The position numbers were made by a program, and so were the translations under genes. A DNA stretch of 64,000 bases from Anaerolineales bacterium (GTDB lineage: Bacteria; Chloroflexota; Anaerolineae; Anaerolineales; E44-bin32): contig JARRJK010000013.1 of assembly GCA_037379555.1 (NCBI GenBank), positions 3,514 through 67,513 on the forward strand, given 5' to 3'. The notes below the pieces were generated by a model. The model was not told where the DNA came from, made no database searches, and saw only the letters and a program-made list of their open reading frames with translations. Of this stretch, positions 1 through 7,916 are shown one piece after another (the stretch's first letter is position 1; each line of letters begins with the position of its first letter).

Positions 1-1
1 C

Positions 2-1324
2 GTGACAGGTGCTGTTCGAGCAGAACGAGCTGTTGTCGACGCCGCCGGGGTTGCCGGTCGTATGACAGTTGCTGCAGGACGGCTCCAGCACATCGCGGTG
101 GAGCGAGATCCAGTTTGGATTGCGGTGCGAATCGGGCTCCGGACCGCGGCTGATCTCGACTTCGGCGACGAAATCGGTCGGCCCCGCTTCGACCGGGATC
201 GAGTGGCACAGGTTGCATTCGAGGCGGATCGCCTGCGCCTGGGGATCAAGGTGTTTGCCGTCGTGGCAGCGGAAGCATCCGGGCGAGTCCTTGTGACCGA
301 CGTTTGAGGGGTGGCTGTTCCAGTCCGCTTTTTGCTCCGGGTACACGCTGGTGCTGTAGGAATCCTGGAGCACTTCGATCGCCTGATCGACCAGCCCGGA
401 GGAATCGGCGAAGAATTCGGGGTAGTTGACCCGGTAATAATCCCGCAAGCTCTCAATGCCGATCAGCGCCATCTCGACCGAAGCGTACTTGGCGCTGAAT
501 ACCTCGACGGCTTTCAAGCGTATATCGGGGATATCAGCCGAGATCTGCTCCCTTGCCATCAGGTTGTCTACCAGGTCTTCAGGATGCAGGATCAGGTGAG
601 TGATGCGGTTGTGACAGGTGATGCAATCCATCAGCTTGAGGTCTTCTGGGTTGATCGACGCGGGATCGATCTCTGAGTCGATCGCGACGTAATCCGTCAC
701 GCTGCCATCGTCCTCGACCACCTGCACGTACGGGATGTCTTGTTCCTCGGGGTCAGTCGGCAGGTAGTAGACCTCGTTCAGGATATGCCAGTGGATGCCG
801 CGGCCGAGACCCTCCCGTTCGGAACCACCGCCGGTCTTGAGCGTCATATAGATGCTGATCGGGGTGTTATTGCGATCGGGCTCGAAGCGGCGGATCTCGA
901 GCAGGGTGTCGCTGGAGAATTTCTCGGGGAAATGGCAGCGTTCGCAGCTCTCACGCGCCGGACGCATATCGTGGGCCCGGATCGGGAACTCATAGGTCTT
1001 GAACATTGTGGCGAAGATGTGCTTGATATCGCCAGCCTTGCGCGTGACGCGGGTGGCGATGAAGCCGCGTCCGATATGGCACTCAACGCAGTCGATTCGG
1101 GCATGCGGGGATACCAGGTAGGAGGTGTACTCGGGCGGCATCGTGTGGCAGCTGGTGCCGCAGAATTCGGGCGAGTTGGTGTATTCCCAGCCGATCGGAA
1201 TGAGCAGCAGGATGACAATCGTCAGCGCGCCGAGGACCAGGTAGGGGCGCAGGCGCACCCACAGGGTTGCATCTTGTGGTGGGAAAAAGAAACGTTGCAG
1301 ACGTGCTCCGAATCGACGAAGCAT
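2..1324 (-). CDS. Membrane-anchored NapC/NirT-like multiheme cytochrome c. C-terminus lies beyond the left window edge. Absent from the supplied ORF track.
   Basis: I translated the minus strand myself from ATG 1324..1322, which has GGAGGA 8 nt upstream. I checked all 441 codons and found no stop down to position 2, which explains why the track omits it. Sequence starts MLRRFGARLQRFFFPPQDATLWVRLRPYLVLGALTIVILLLIPIGWEYTNSPEFCGTSCHTM... It has one N-terminal TM helix, then CGTSCH (CX3CH), CVECH, CERCH, CITCH, CFRCH, CNLCH, CSNCH and CSNSTCH at the edge. Confidence 0.8.
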   Translation of the reverse strand, partial: MLRRFGARLQRFFFPPQDATLWVRLRPYLVLGALTIVILLLIPIGWEYTNSPEFCGTSCHTMPPEYTSYLVSPHARIDCVECHIGRGFIATRVTRKAGDIKHIFATMFKTYEFPIRAHDMRPARESCERCHFPEKFSSDTLLEIRRFEPDRNNTPISIYMTLKTGGGSEREGLGRGIHWHILNEVYYLPTDPEEQDIPYVQVVEDDGSVTDYVAIDSEIDPASINPEDLKLMDCITCHNRITHLILHPEDLVDNLMAREQISADIPDIRLKAVEVFSAKYASVEMALIGIESLRDYYRVNYPEFFADSSGLVDQAIEVLQDSYSTSVYPEQKADWNSHPSNVGHKDSPGCFRCHDGKHLDPQAQAIRLECNLCHSIPVEAGPTDFVAEVEISRGPEPDSHRNPNWISLHRDVLEPSCSNCHTTGNPGGVDNSSFCSNSTCH

Positions 1325-1378
1325 GGCGCATACTCCTCCATAATTATGGCGATCGTTATCCAACCTGCAGATCTGTTG

Positions 1379-2581
1379 CTATTGCTTGGGAGCTCCGGCA
1401 GAAATCCACTCGATGACCTGCTCGAGCTCGGCATCCGTCAACTGGCCTGGATGCCCCCCCGCCCGCTGCACCTGTACCAGCATGCTGGCTTCAGGATCGC
1501 CAGGCACAATCGCTGGGCCATCCTCCCCACCTTGCAGCGCTTTCTCATACGTTTGCAGCGATAAGCCGCCGACCGCCGTCACACCGTGGCACGTTCCGCA
1601 GCGGTTGCGGAAAAGCGCCTCGAAACCGCCATCCCAGGATTGATCGCTGATCACGAACGCCTCGCCCGTCGGGGTTGGTGGAAGCGTGGGCGTCGGTTCA
1701 GGGACAGCGGTGACAAAAACATCGGCCGTTTCGCCCTGCGGTATGGTTGTGATGCTGGTTTGTTCTCCGGTGACATAAAAGGCTACCCCAGCCAGCATCA
1801 GCACGCTCAATACCCCGGCGACTGGCAGGAAGACCCGCTGCCGGCGGCGCAGGACTTCCGGCGCTGGATCGCGATGGATTCGACCTGCTTCGATCCTCTC
1901 CAGTTCCGCTGGATGTTCTTCCTCCATCTCCTCCTGGGTCAGATAGCCGGTGAACATGCTGCGGTTGAAGTGGCGCAGGTGCACGTGATAGAAGTGCCAG
2001 AGCAGGATAGCCAAAACAGCCAGGATCGCTTCGGCACCATGGGCAGCCTTGGCGGCCGGGATGAATTCTCCAGGCATGATACGGGTCGTGAGGATGGGGT
2101 TCCACATCATGAAGCCGGTGAGAGCCATGATCACGATGCCCCAGACCACCGCCAGGTACTCCATCTTCTCAGCGTAGGAGTAGCGGCCGTAGCGGGCCTT
2201 ATGCTTGCTCACCCCGAAATAAGCCAGCAGGTCCTGATAGAGATCCTTGAAATCCTTCAGGCCGGGAAGCATCGTCCAGGAGACGCGCCGGACGTAGACC
2301 CGGTACAGCAGCCCGATCACGTGGTAGATGCTGACCAGCATGAGCACGATCGCCGAGCTGCGGTGGATCACGCGCACCGGTTCGATACCGCCAAAGAGGC
2401 GGAAAAAGCCGATGCTGACCTGAACATCAGGGAACTTCTGCGGCAGACCGGTGATCGCCAGGATCGTGAAGGAGGTCAACATCACGATATGTTCAAGGCG
2501 CTGCGAGAGGTCGAAGCGCAGGAAACGTTTCGGCTTTTCCTTGTTCGATTCGTGCTGAACGGCGGGGCGCGGCTCACTCAT
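1379..2581 (-). CDS. Diheme cytochrome b (FdnI/HydC, Ni_hydr_CYTB-like, 4 TM) fused to an extra TM helix and a C-terminal monoheme cytochrome c domain
   Basis: 400-aa ORF. The N-terminal region has conserved His in TM helices (RLEHIV, IHRSS, YHV, AHGAE, WHFYHVH). The C-terminus reads FRNRCGTCHGV...GDPEASMLVQ..., resembling the planctomycete-type cytochrome c (PSCyt1) domain. It is a paralog of 3837..4574. Confidence 0.8.
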   Translation of the reverse strand: MSEPRPAVQHESNKEKPKRFLRFDLSQRLEHIVMLTSFTILAITGLPQKFPDVQVSIGFFRLFGGIEPVRVIHRSSAIVLMLVSIYHVIGLLYRVYVRRVSWTMLPGLKDFKDLYQDLLAYFGVSKHKARYGRYSYAEKMEYLAVVWGIVIMALTGFMMWNPILTTRIMPGEFIPAAKAAHGAEAILAVLAILLWHFYHVHLRHFNRSMFTGYLTQEEMEEEHPAELERIEAGRIHRDPAPEVLRRRQRVFLPVAGVLSVLMLAGVAFYVTGEQTSITTIPQGETADVFVTAVPEPTPTLPPTPTGEAFVISDQSWDGGFEALFRNRCGTCHGVTAVGGLSLQTYEKALQGGEDGPAIVPGDPEASMLVQVQRAGGHPGQLTDAELEQVIEWISAGAPKQ

Positions 2582-3840
2582 AAATCACCCCCCGCGTCAT
2601 CGCTTTCATCTAGAGCTTGCGTCTTATCGCTCTCGCCTTCGCCGTCGGTGGAAAAGCGCTGGTCGCCCTCCGATGGGGCAGGCGGCTCTTCGGGCTCAGA
2701 CTCGGCTTTCGCAGCCGCTCGCCGCTTCCGGATATACCAGGTGACATCAAGCACAACCAGCACGCCCATCCCTCCCAGCAGGCCCGGGATGAAGATGCTG
2801 TAGAAGAGATTCACGTAGTAGACCAGCGGGTTGTGCTGTGGGGATGGAATATAGTGCGAGAGCCAGGCGCCCGAGAAATTGGTGGTTGCGTCGGGATGGC
2901 ATACCTGGCAGCGTTTGAGCAGGTTCTGCTTGAACTCCAAGCCACTCTCAGGGTCACTCACGCTTTGAATATCGTGCACGCCATGGCAGTCGTAGCATAC
3001 GGCCTTGTTGGTCGGAGCATCGGGAGAGACTTTCTCGAAGATGGTGACGGTGGTGCCATGGAAATCGGCGACGTAGGTGTTCAGCACCTGAGTCGAGATG
3101 CCGTACTTGTCCATGATCTTGGGGTCGGTATGGCATTTAGCACAGATTTCCGGCGAGAGTAGCCGGAAGCGGGCCGTCGTTGGATCCTCGATGTTGTGCA
3201 CGCCGTGGCAGTCGATGCAGGTCGGCACATCACGGTTGTTCTCGTTGACAAGCGCATTGCCGTGCACGCTGGTCAGGTACTTGCGGTAAATCGCGTTGTG
3301 GCACTTGGCACATGTGACCGGGATGTGCAGCCGCGCCTCGGGCAGCAGTTCGTCCGTGCGCGGGTCGGTCAGCTGTTGTATGTTGTGTGCCCCGTGGCAG
3401 TCGGTGCAAATGGCAGCCTGGCGGTTGCCTGATTCGAGAGCGTTTTCATGCACGCTGTCGAGCGTGCGCTCGTACTGTCCCGAGTGGCATCGAAAACAAG
3501 CATCATAGAGTTCGAGCGCCAGATCGCGCTGATCAGTAGCGCTGAATGACGGGTGAGGGTACCCCTCGAGATCGGTATGGCACTGCACGCAGGCATAGCC
3601 GAGCTTGCCGTGAATCGAATTGTCGTACACCGCCTGGTCGATATAGAGCGAAGCCGTTTCTCCGTTCTCGAGCTGGAAGGTGAGTCCGGAATCGGCATGG
3701 CATTTGAGGCAGCTCTCGTTGCTCACACCGGCCTGGGGTAGCGGGGTTGCGTCAGCCCGGTGTGTGGTCAATGCAAGCGTGACCGCAATGGCGGCGAGGG
3801 CAAGGGTGAGGATGGTCCAATGTCGGATGCGATGACTCAC
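2578..3840 (-). CDS. Nonaheme cytochrome c with signal peptide, C-terminal TM anchor and acidic tail
   Basis: 420 aa with 9 CXXCH motifs (CLKCH, CVQCH, CFRCH, CTDCH, CAKCH, CIDCH, CAKCH, CYDCH, CQVCH). C-terminal hydrophobic helix IPGLLGGMGVLVVLDV. ATGA start/stop overlaps with both neighbouring genes. Confidence 0.85.
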   Translation of the reverse strand: MSHRIRHWTILTLALAAIAVTLALTTHRADATPLPQAGVSNESCLKCHADSGLTFQLENGETASLYIDQAVYDNSIHGKLGYACVQCHTDLEGYPHPSFSATDQRDLALELYDACFRCHSGQYERTLDSVHENALESGNRQAAICTDCHGAHNIQQLTDPRTDELLPEARLHIPVTCAKCHNAIYRKYLTSVHGNALVNENNRDVPTCIDCHGVHNIEDPTTARFRLLSPEICAKCHTDPKIMDKYGISTQVLNTYVADFHGTTVTIFEKVSPDAPTNKAVCYDCHGVHDIQSVSDPESGLEFKQNLLKRCQVCHPDATTNFSGAWLSHYIPSPQHNPLVYYVNLFYSIFIPGLLGGMGVLVVLDVTWYIRKRRAAAKAESEPEEPPAPSEGDQRFSTDGEGESDKTQALDESDDAGGDL

Positions 3841-4574
3841 TCGGGCTCTCCGTCTGGCGGCGGACTTGTCTCGCCGGTCAGGCGCTCAAATTCACGTTCA
3901 TGGAATTCGCGCATTTCGCGTTCGCTCAGCCGGCCTGTGAAGATGCTAAGGTTGAGCCGTTCGATGTGGACGTGGTACGAATGCCACATGACGACGAAGA
4001 TCGCCGCTGCGATCGCCTCCGCGCTGTGGGCGAGCTTCGCGGCGGGGATGATACCTCCAGGCAGCACGCGCGTAAAGAGCACCGGGAACCAGATCAGCAG
4101 CCCGGAGAGGATCATGATCGCTATGCCAAAAATGAAAAACCAGTAGGTGAACTTCTGCTGGAAGGTGAACTTGCCGAAGGAAGGCTTTTTACGGTCAATG
4201 AAAAGCAGCCAGCGCAGCATCTTGAAGCCGTCGCGCACATCTTGAACGACAGGGAGCATCTCGCCGCTCAAGCGCCGCTGGAAGAGCCGGACGGTTGTCC
4301 GCCCGACGTGGTAAAGCGCTTCGGCGATCAGCAAGACGGCGGCGATATGGTGGATCGTCTGGATCATCTCGACGCGTTCGGGTGTGGAGAGGATGTACTG
4401 GCTCCAGCTGGCGGCGCGGTACTTCTGGGGTAGGCCGGTCAGCAGCAGCACGGTGAAGGTGATCAAAAAGAGCGCGTGCTCCCAGCGCTGTGCGAGCGAA
4501 AAACGGACGAAGGTACGCTCGGTATGCACATGGCCATCCCGCGCAGTTTTTAGAGTTGATTCGTTTGCGGTCAT
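3837..4574 (-). CDS. Diheme cytochrome b (FdnI/HydC-like, 4 TM)
   Basis: I chose the internal start MTANEST at 4574. It has GGAGGA upstream and an ATGA overlap with the stop of the upstream gene at 4571. The track's longer start at 4736 would overlap the upstream cytochrome gene. Motifs RWEHALF, IHHIAA, AHSAE, WHSYHVH. Confidence 0.8.
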   Translation of the reverse strand: MTANESTLKTARDGHVHTERTFVRFSLAQRWEHALFLITFTVLLLTGLPQKYRAASWSQYILSTPERVEMIQTIHHIAAVLLIAEALYHVGRTTVRLFQRRLSGEMLPVVQDVRDGFKMLRWLLFIDRKKPSFGKFTFQQKFTYWFFIFGIAIMILSGLLIWFPVLFTRVLPGGIIPAAKLAHSAEAIAAAIFVVMWHSYHVHIERLNLSIFTGRLSEREMREFHEREFERLTGETSPPPDGEPE

Positions 4575-5586
4575 GGCAAGTTCCTCCGCACACGGTCCAC
4601 CGTCGCCCGAATGATGCGCAGCAGGACGTAGCCGCCCGCCAGCAGCAGGGTAAAGGGCACGAAGTACGAATAGAAGGCATTGGTATAGAAGACCAGCGGC
4701 GTGCGTTCGAGGCTGATCTCGTTGTGCCCGGTCCACGCTCCGGTCCAGTTCGGCCCGGCGTCAGGGTGGCACTTGCGGCAGGTCGTTAGCAGGTTCTCGG
4801 AGCTGACCGTTGAGGCCGGGTTGCTCGCAGGCAGGATGTTGTGGACGCCGTGGCAGTCGGTGCAGACCGCGCTCTCGTGCCAGATCGTCGGCCAGTTGGC
4901 TTTATAGACCTCGACATCGACGCCGTGCCAGGAGATGCTGTACAAGTTGTAGACATCGGTGTCATAGCCGTACTTGGCCATCAATTCAGGGTTGGCATGG
5001 CAGCCAGCACACAGCTCCGGCGAGCCGATGCGGAAGAGCGCGGTGCGCGGGTCTTGAATGTTATGTCAGTGTGGCACTGGCCGCACGTCTCGGAGATCAG
5101 CGACCGCGGTTCATCAGGGTACTGGGTGTAATGTGCGCCGTGGCAGTCGGTGCACACCGGCGCTTCCAGATGGCCAGCAGCAGCGATGTCAGCGTGGATG
5201 CTGTCTAGGCTGTTCTCGTAATTGGTGGCATGGCAGGTTCGGCAGGTGAGATAGAAAGCCCGGGAGAGTTCCCGCCGCGTGTCGTATTCGATTTCTGGAT
5301 GCGGGTAGCCGGTGATTTCGGGATGGCAGGAGTCGCAGCTGATGCCGATCTGTTCGTGGACCGATCCTTCCAGGCGCTTGGCGTCGATGGTCAGCGGCAG
5401 CACTTCCCCACTGGGCAGTTCGATCTCAAGGTCGGGCTGCGTGTGGCATGCGAGGCACTCCTGCTCTTGAAACTGGCTCTGCTGAGGATTTTCATCGGCA
5501 AAAGCCGGTGCGACGAGCAAACAAAGTGCCAGAAGCGCCAGGCTGAGCAGTATCATTCGTGAGAGATTTCGCCGTGTGTGGATCAT
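4571..5586 (-). pseudogene. Multiheme (8 x CXXCH) cytochrome c, paralog of 2578..3840, split by a single-nucleotide frameshift near 5065
   Basis: Track ORFs 4981..5586 and 4571..4984 are the N- and C-terminal halves of one protein that aligns to the 420-aa paralog. The alternate frame reads HNIQDPRTALFRIGSPELCAGCHANPELMAKYGYD directly after CGQCHTD. Duplicating one C (GAC-CAT) restores CGQCHTDHNIQDP, matching CIDCHGVHNIEDP in the paralog. Confidence 0.75.
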
Positions 5587-5763
5587 CTACGAGATCTCCT
5601 CGACTTCGGTTTCCTCGACCTGATCGTCCTCGCTGTTGTTCTCCATGATCAAACCCCACTTGCGCAGATAGTGCGAAATCAGGAGCATGATCCCGAGCGG
5701 CACCAGGCAGCGGCCGATGAACATGAGCGCTACGACAATTGGATTGGCGATAGTTTCATCCAT
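5587..5763 (-). CDS. Small single-TM protein with acidic C-terminal tail
   Basis: ATG at 5763 has GGAGG 8 nt upstream. Its stop TAG abuts the ATG of the next gene at 5586. Sequence: MDETIANPIVVALMFIGRCLVPLGIMLLISHYLRKWGLIMENNSEDDQVEETEVEEIS. Confidence 0.5.
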   Translation of the reverse strand: MDETIANPIVVALMFIGRCLVPLGIMLLISHYLRKWGLIMENNSEDDQVEETEVEEIS

Positions 5764-5801
5764 ACGCACTGCCTCCGAGCGCGCTGACCCGGGAAAGGGA
5801 G

Positions 5802-5826
5802 TAGCCGCACTGATCCAGTGCGGCTA
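5802..5826 (-). other. Intercistronic perfect 10-bp stem-loop between the NrfD-like gene and the small ORF
   Basis: TAGCCGCACT-GATCC-AGTGCGGCTA. No U-tract follows it on the transcribed strand. Confidence 0.5.
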
Positions 5827-5850
5827 TCTTGGACTGATCCCGGAGCTTTG

Positions 5851-7086
5851 TCAACCAGCCGCGTGCGTCTCCTCATCCGGCCTGAACAGCGGGAGGAAGC
5901 GCATCGCCAGGGTGAAGATCAGGAAGATGTAGCCGACCACGCCCAGCACCACGCCCCATTCAATCAGCGCCGGGGTGTAGGATTGCGGTGGGAGCACGTA
6001 TTCTGTGCCGGGCGAATAGGATACGGGCACGATCAGGCCAGAAACCGTCACGTTCCAGCGGTTGATCAGGATACCGGCCGCCGCGCTCAGCGCTCCGATG
6101 ACCAGGTTGACCGGCCGGCGGTTGAAGCGCGGCACAAGGAACATCAGCACCGGGATGATAATGCCCAGGAATACCTCGCCCACCCAGAACCAGAACCCGT
6201 AGGCGGTGAACAGGTTGAGCGTGCGGAAAGCCCGCTCCGAACCGGGCGTCGATCCGTAATACGTCACAGCGGCGAGATCCCAGAATTTGATATAGGCGTA
6301 CACCAGCAGCGTCAGCCCGCTGAAACGGGCGATCGTGCGCAACAGATCATGGGCGATCGTGCGCTTGCCGCTGATCCATTCCAGGATGAAGGCCGCCGCC
6401 ATCGTCACCGCTGGGCCGACGGCGATCGCCGATACGATGAACATGATCGGCATGCTCGGCTTGAACCAAATCGGGCGGGCCTTGATGATGCCATAGGTCG
6501 CGCCGAGCGATGACTGGTGCAGCAGTGAGACGAGCAACCCTGCGACAGCCAGGACCGGTGCTACACGGTGCAGCGCGTGTCCGAACTTCCGCAGCCATGG
6601 CAGGCGGTTGAAGATATGCGACTCGACGATCACAGGCGCGAACTCGACTAGCATGATCGTCAGGTACAGCGTGATGCACCAGGTGATCTCCCATAGGACC
6701 GAGTGCACGTTCCAGTAGATCCAGGGGTGGTAGAAGCGGTCCGGTCGGCCGATGTCCATCACCAGTGTGAGCAGAGCGGACGTATAGCCGACCACGCCGA
6801 CCAGTACGGCCAGGCGGATGACGGAGCGAAAGCGTTTGATGCCGAAGATGTACACGACGGCCGAAAGCGTGAAGGCGCCTGCACCGAGGGCGATCGATGA
6901 GAGATCGATCGTGATCCACAAACCCCAGGGAACGGCGTTGGTCAGGTTGGTGACGACCAGCCCTTCTTTGAAAACGACAATCGCCGAGACGACGCCAATC
7001 AGCAGCAGCAAGCCTACCAGTCCGAACCAGGCGACGGTTCCTGGGCTGACATTCAATTGTCGATTGCGGAGTGTGATCGTCGCCAT
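5851..7086 (-). CDS. NrfD/PsrC-family polytopic membrane quinol-interacting subunit
   Basis: 411 aa and highly hydrophobic with many TM helices. It sits immediately downstream (2-nt gap) of a Tat-exported 4Fe-4S protein, which is the classic NrfCD/PsrBC arrangement. Confidence 0.85.
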   Translation of the reverse strand: MATITLRNRQLNVSPGTVAWFGLVGLLLLIGVVSAIVVFKEGLVVTNLTNAVPWGLWITIDLSSIALGAGAFTLSAVVYIFGIKRFRSVIRLAVLVGVVGYTSALLTLVMDIGRPDRFYHPWIYWNVHSVLWEITWCITLYLTIMLVEFAPVIVESHIFNRLPWLRKFGHALHRVAPVLAVAGLLVSLLHQSSLGATYGIIKARPIWFKPSMPIMFIVSAIAVGPAVTMAAAFILEWISGKRTIAHDLLRTIARFSGLTLLVYAYIKFWDLAAVTYYGSTPGSERAFRTLNLFTAYGFWFWVGEVFLGIIIPVLMFLVPRFNRRPVNLVIGALSAAAGILINRWNVTVSGLIVPVSYSPGTEYVLPPQSYTPALIEWGVVLGVVGYIFLIFTLAMRFLPLFRPDEETHAAG

Positions 7087-7088
7087 GG

Positions 7089-7916
7089 CTATGCTTCCTC
7101 GCTGACCGGAATGTAGTACACACTGCCTTCGGTCCCCAGCTCATCCCGCAAGCGAGTCGTCGGCTGACGGTCGAGTACCTGGGAGATGTTGCTCTCGGGG
7201 TCTTTCAGATCGCCGAAGACGCGCGCCCCGACCGGGCAGATGTTGACGCACGCGGGTGTCGCTTCGCGCGCTTCGCCTGGAATGAGCCCTTTCTTTAAAC
7301 CGCTGTCGATGCGCTGGACGCAGAAAGTGCACTTCTCGACCACGCCGCGTGGCCTGCGCTCCACCTCCGGCACGCCCCAGGTCGGGACATATACGTTCTC
7401 ATCGCTGCGGGCTTCCCAGTTGAATTTGCGGGCGTCGTAGGGACAGGCCACCTCACAGTAGCGGCAGCCGATGCAGCGTTCGTAATCCATGATCACCAGT
7501 CCGTCCTCGCGCACGTAGGTCGCCCTCACCGGGCAGACCTCGACGCAGGGGGCGTGCTGGCAGTGAAGGCAGGGACGGCTGAAGTAGAATTTGCGGCCGT
7601 TGACCGTGCTGTCCTCGACCACGATGTTCCAGGGTTTATCAGGGGCGACGTCGTTTACCGCCGAGCAAGCCCGCATGCAATACTCGCAGCCGATACATTT
7701 GCGCAGGTCGATCACCATGCCCCAATGATGATCACCAGAGGCACCATGGACCTCCTCCTCGGTCGTGAGCTGCTGGCGCTTGAGGTTGCCGAAGGGCGAC
7801 AGCGGGCCGGTCGTGACGAGGTAGGCGGCCAGCGACGAGCCCGCCGCCGTGGCGGCGATGCGGGTGAAATCCCGCCTCGTCAGCTTGACCTTAACTTTCG
7901 TTTTCCGTCGACTCAT
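7089..7916 (-). CDS. Tat-exported 4x[4Fe-4S] ferredoxin subunit (NrfC/PsrB/DmsB-like)
   Basis: Twin-arginine signal LTRRDFTRIAATAAG. Cys clusters CIGCEYCMRAC, CLHCQHAPCVEVCP, CIGCRYCEVACP, CTFCVQR, ACVNICP. I chose the start at MSRRKTK (7916). It overlaps the upstream gene by 26 nt. Confidence 0.85.
   Translation of the reverse strand: MSRRKTKVKVKLTRRDFTRIAATAAGSSLAAYLVTTGPLSPFGNLKRQQLTTEEEVHGASGDHHWGMVIDLRKCIGCEYCMRACSAVNDVAPDKPWNIVVEDSTVNGRKFYFSRPCLHCQHAPCVEVCPVRATYVREDGLVIMDYERCIGCRYCEVACPYDARKFNWEARSDENVYVPTWGVPEVERRPRGVVEKCTFCVQRIDSGLKKGLIPGEAREATPACVNICPVGARVFGDLKDPESNISQVLDRQPTTRLRDELGTEGSVYYIPVSEEA

Noticed and set aside
2-1564. Plus-strand track ORFs 2..307, 311..676 and 740..1564
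   Set aside because: All are antisense shadows of the unlisted minus-strand multiheme cytochrome gene (2..1324) and of the 3' end of 1379..2581. They contain no heme or other motifs.
3837-4736. Long N-terminal extensions proposed by the track (also 46689..48167, 23770.., 48418.., 16152.., 16984.., 42904..44328)
   Set aside because: The extensions overlap upstream genes or lack family-typical sequence. Internal starts with Shine-Dalgarno motifs or ATGA/GTGA coupling fit better.
4571-5586. Selenocysteine (UGA) read-through as an explanation for the split cytochrome, prompted by selA in the window
   Set aside because: The two halves are in different reading frames, and the downstream frame opens right after an out-of-frame TGA. 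The break is a 1-nt indel, not an in-frame UGA.
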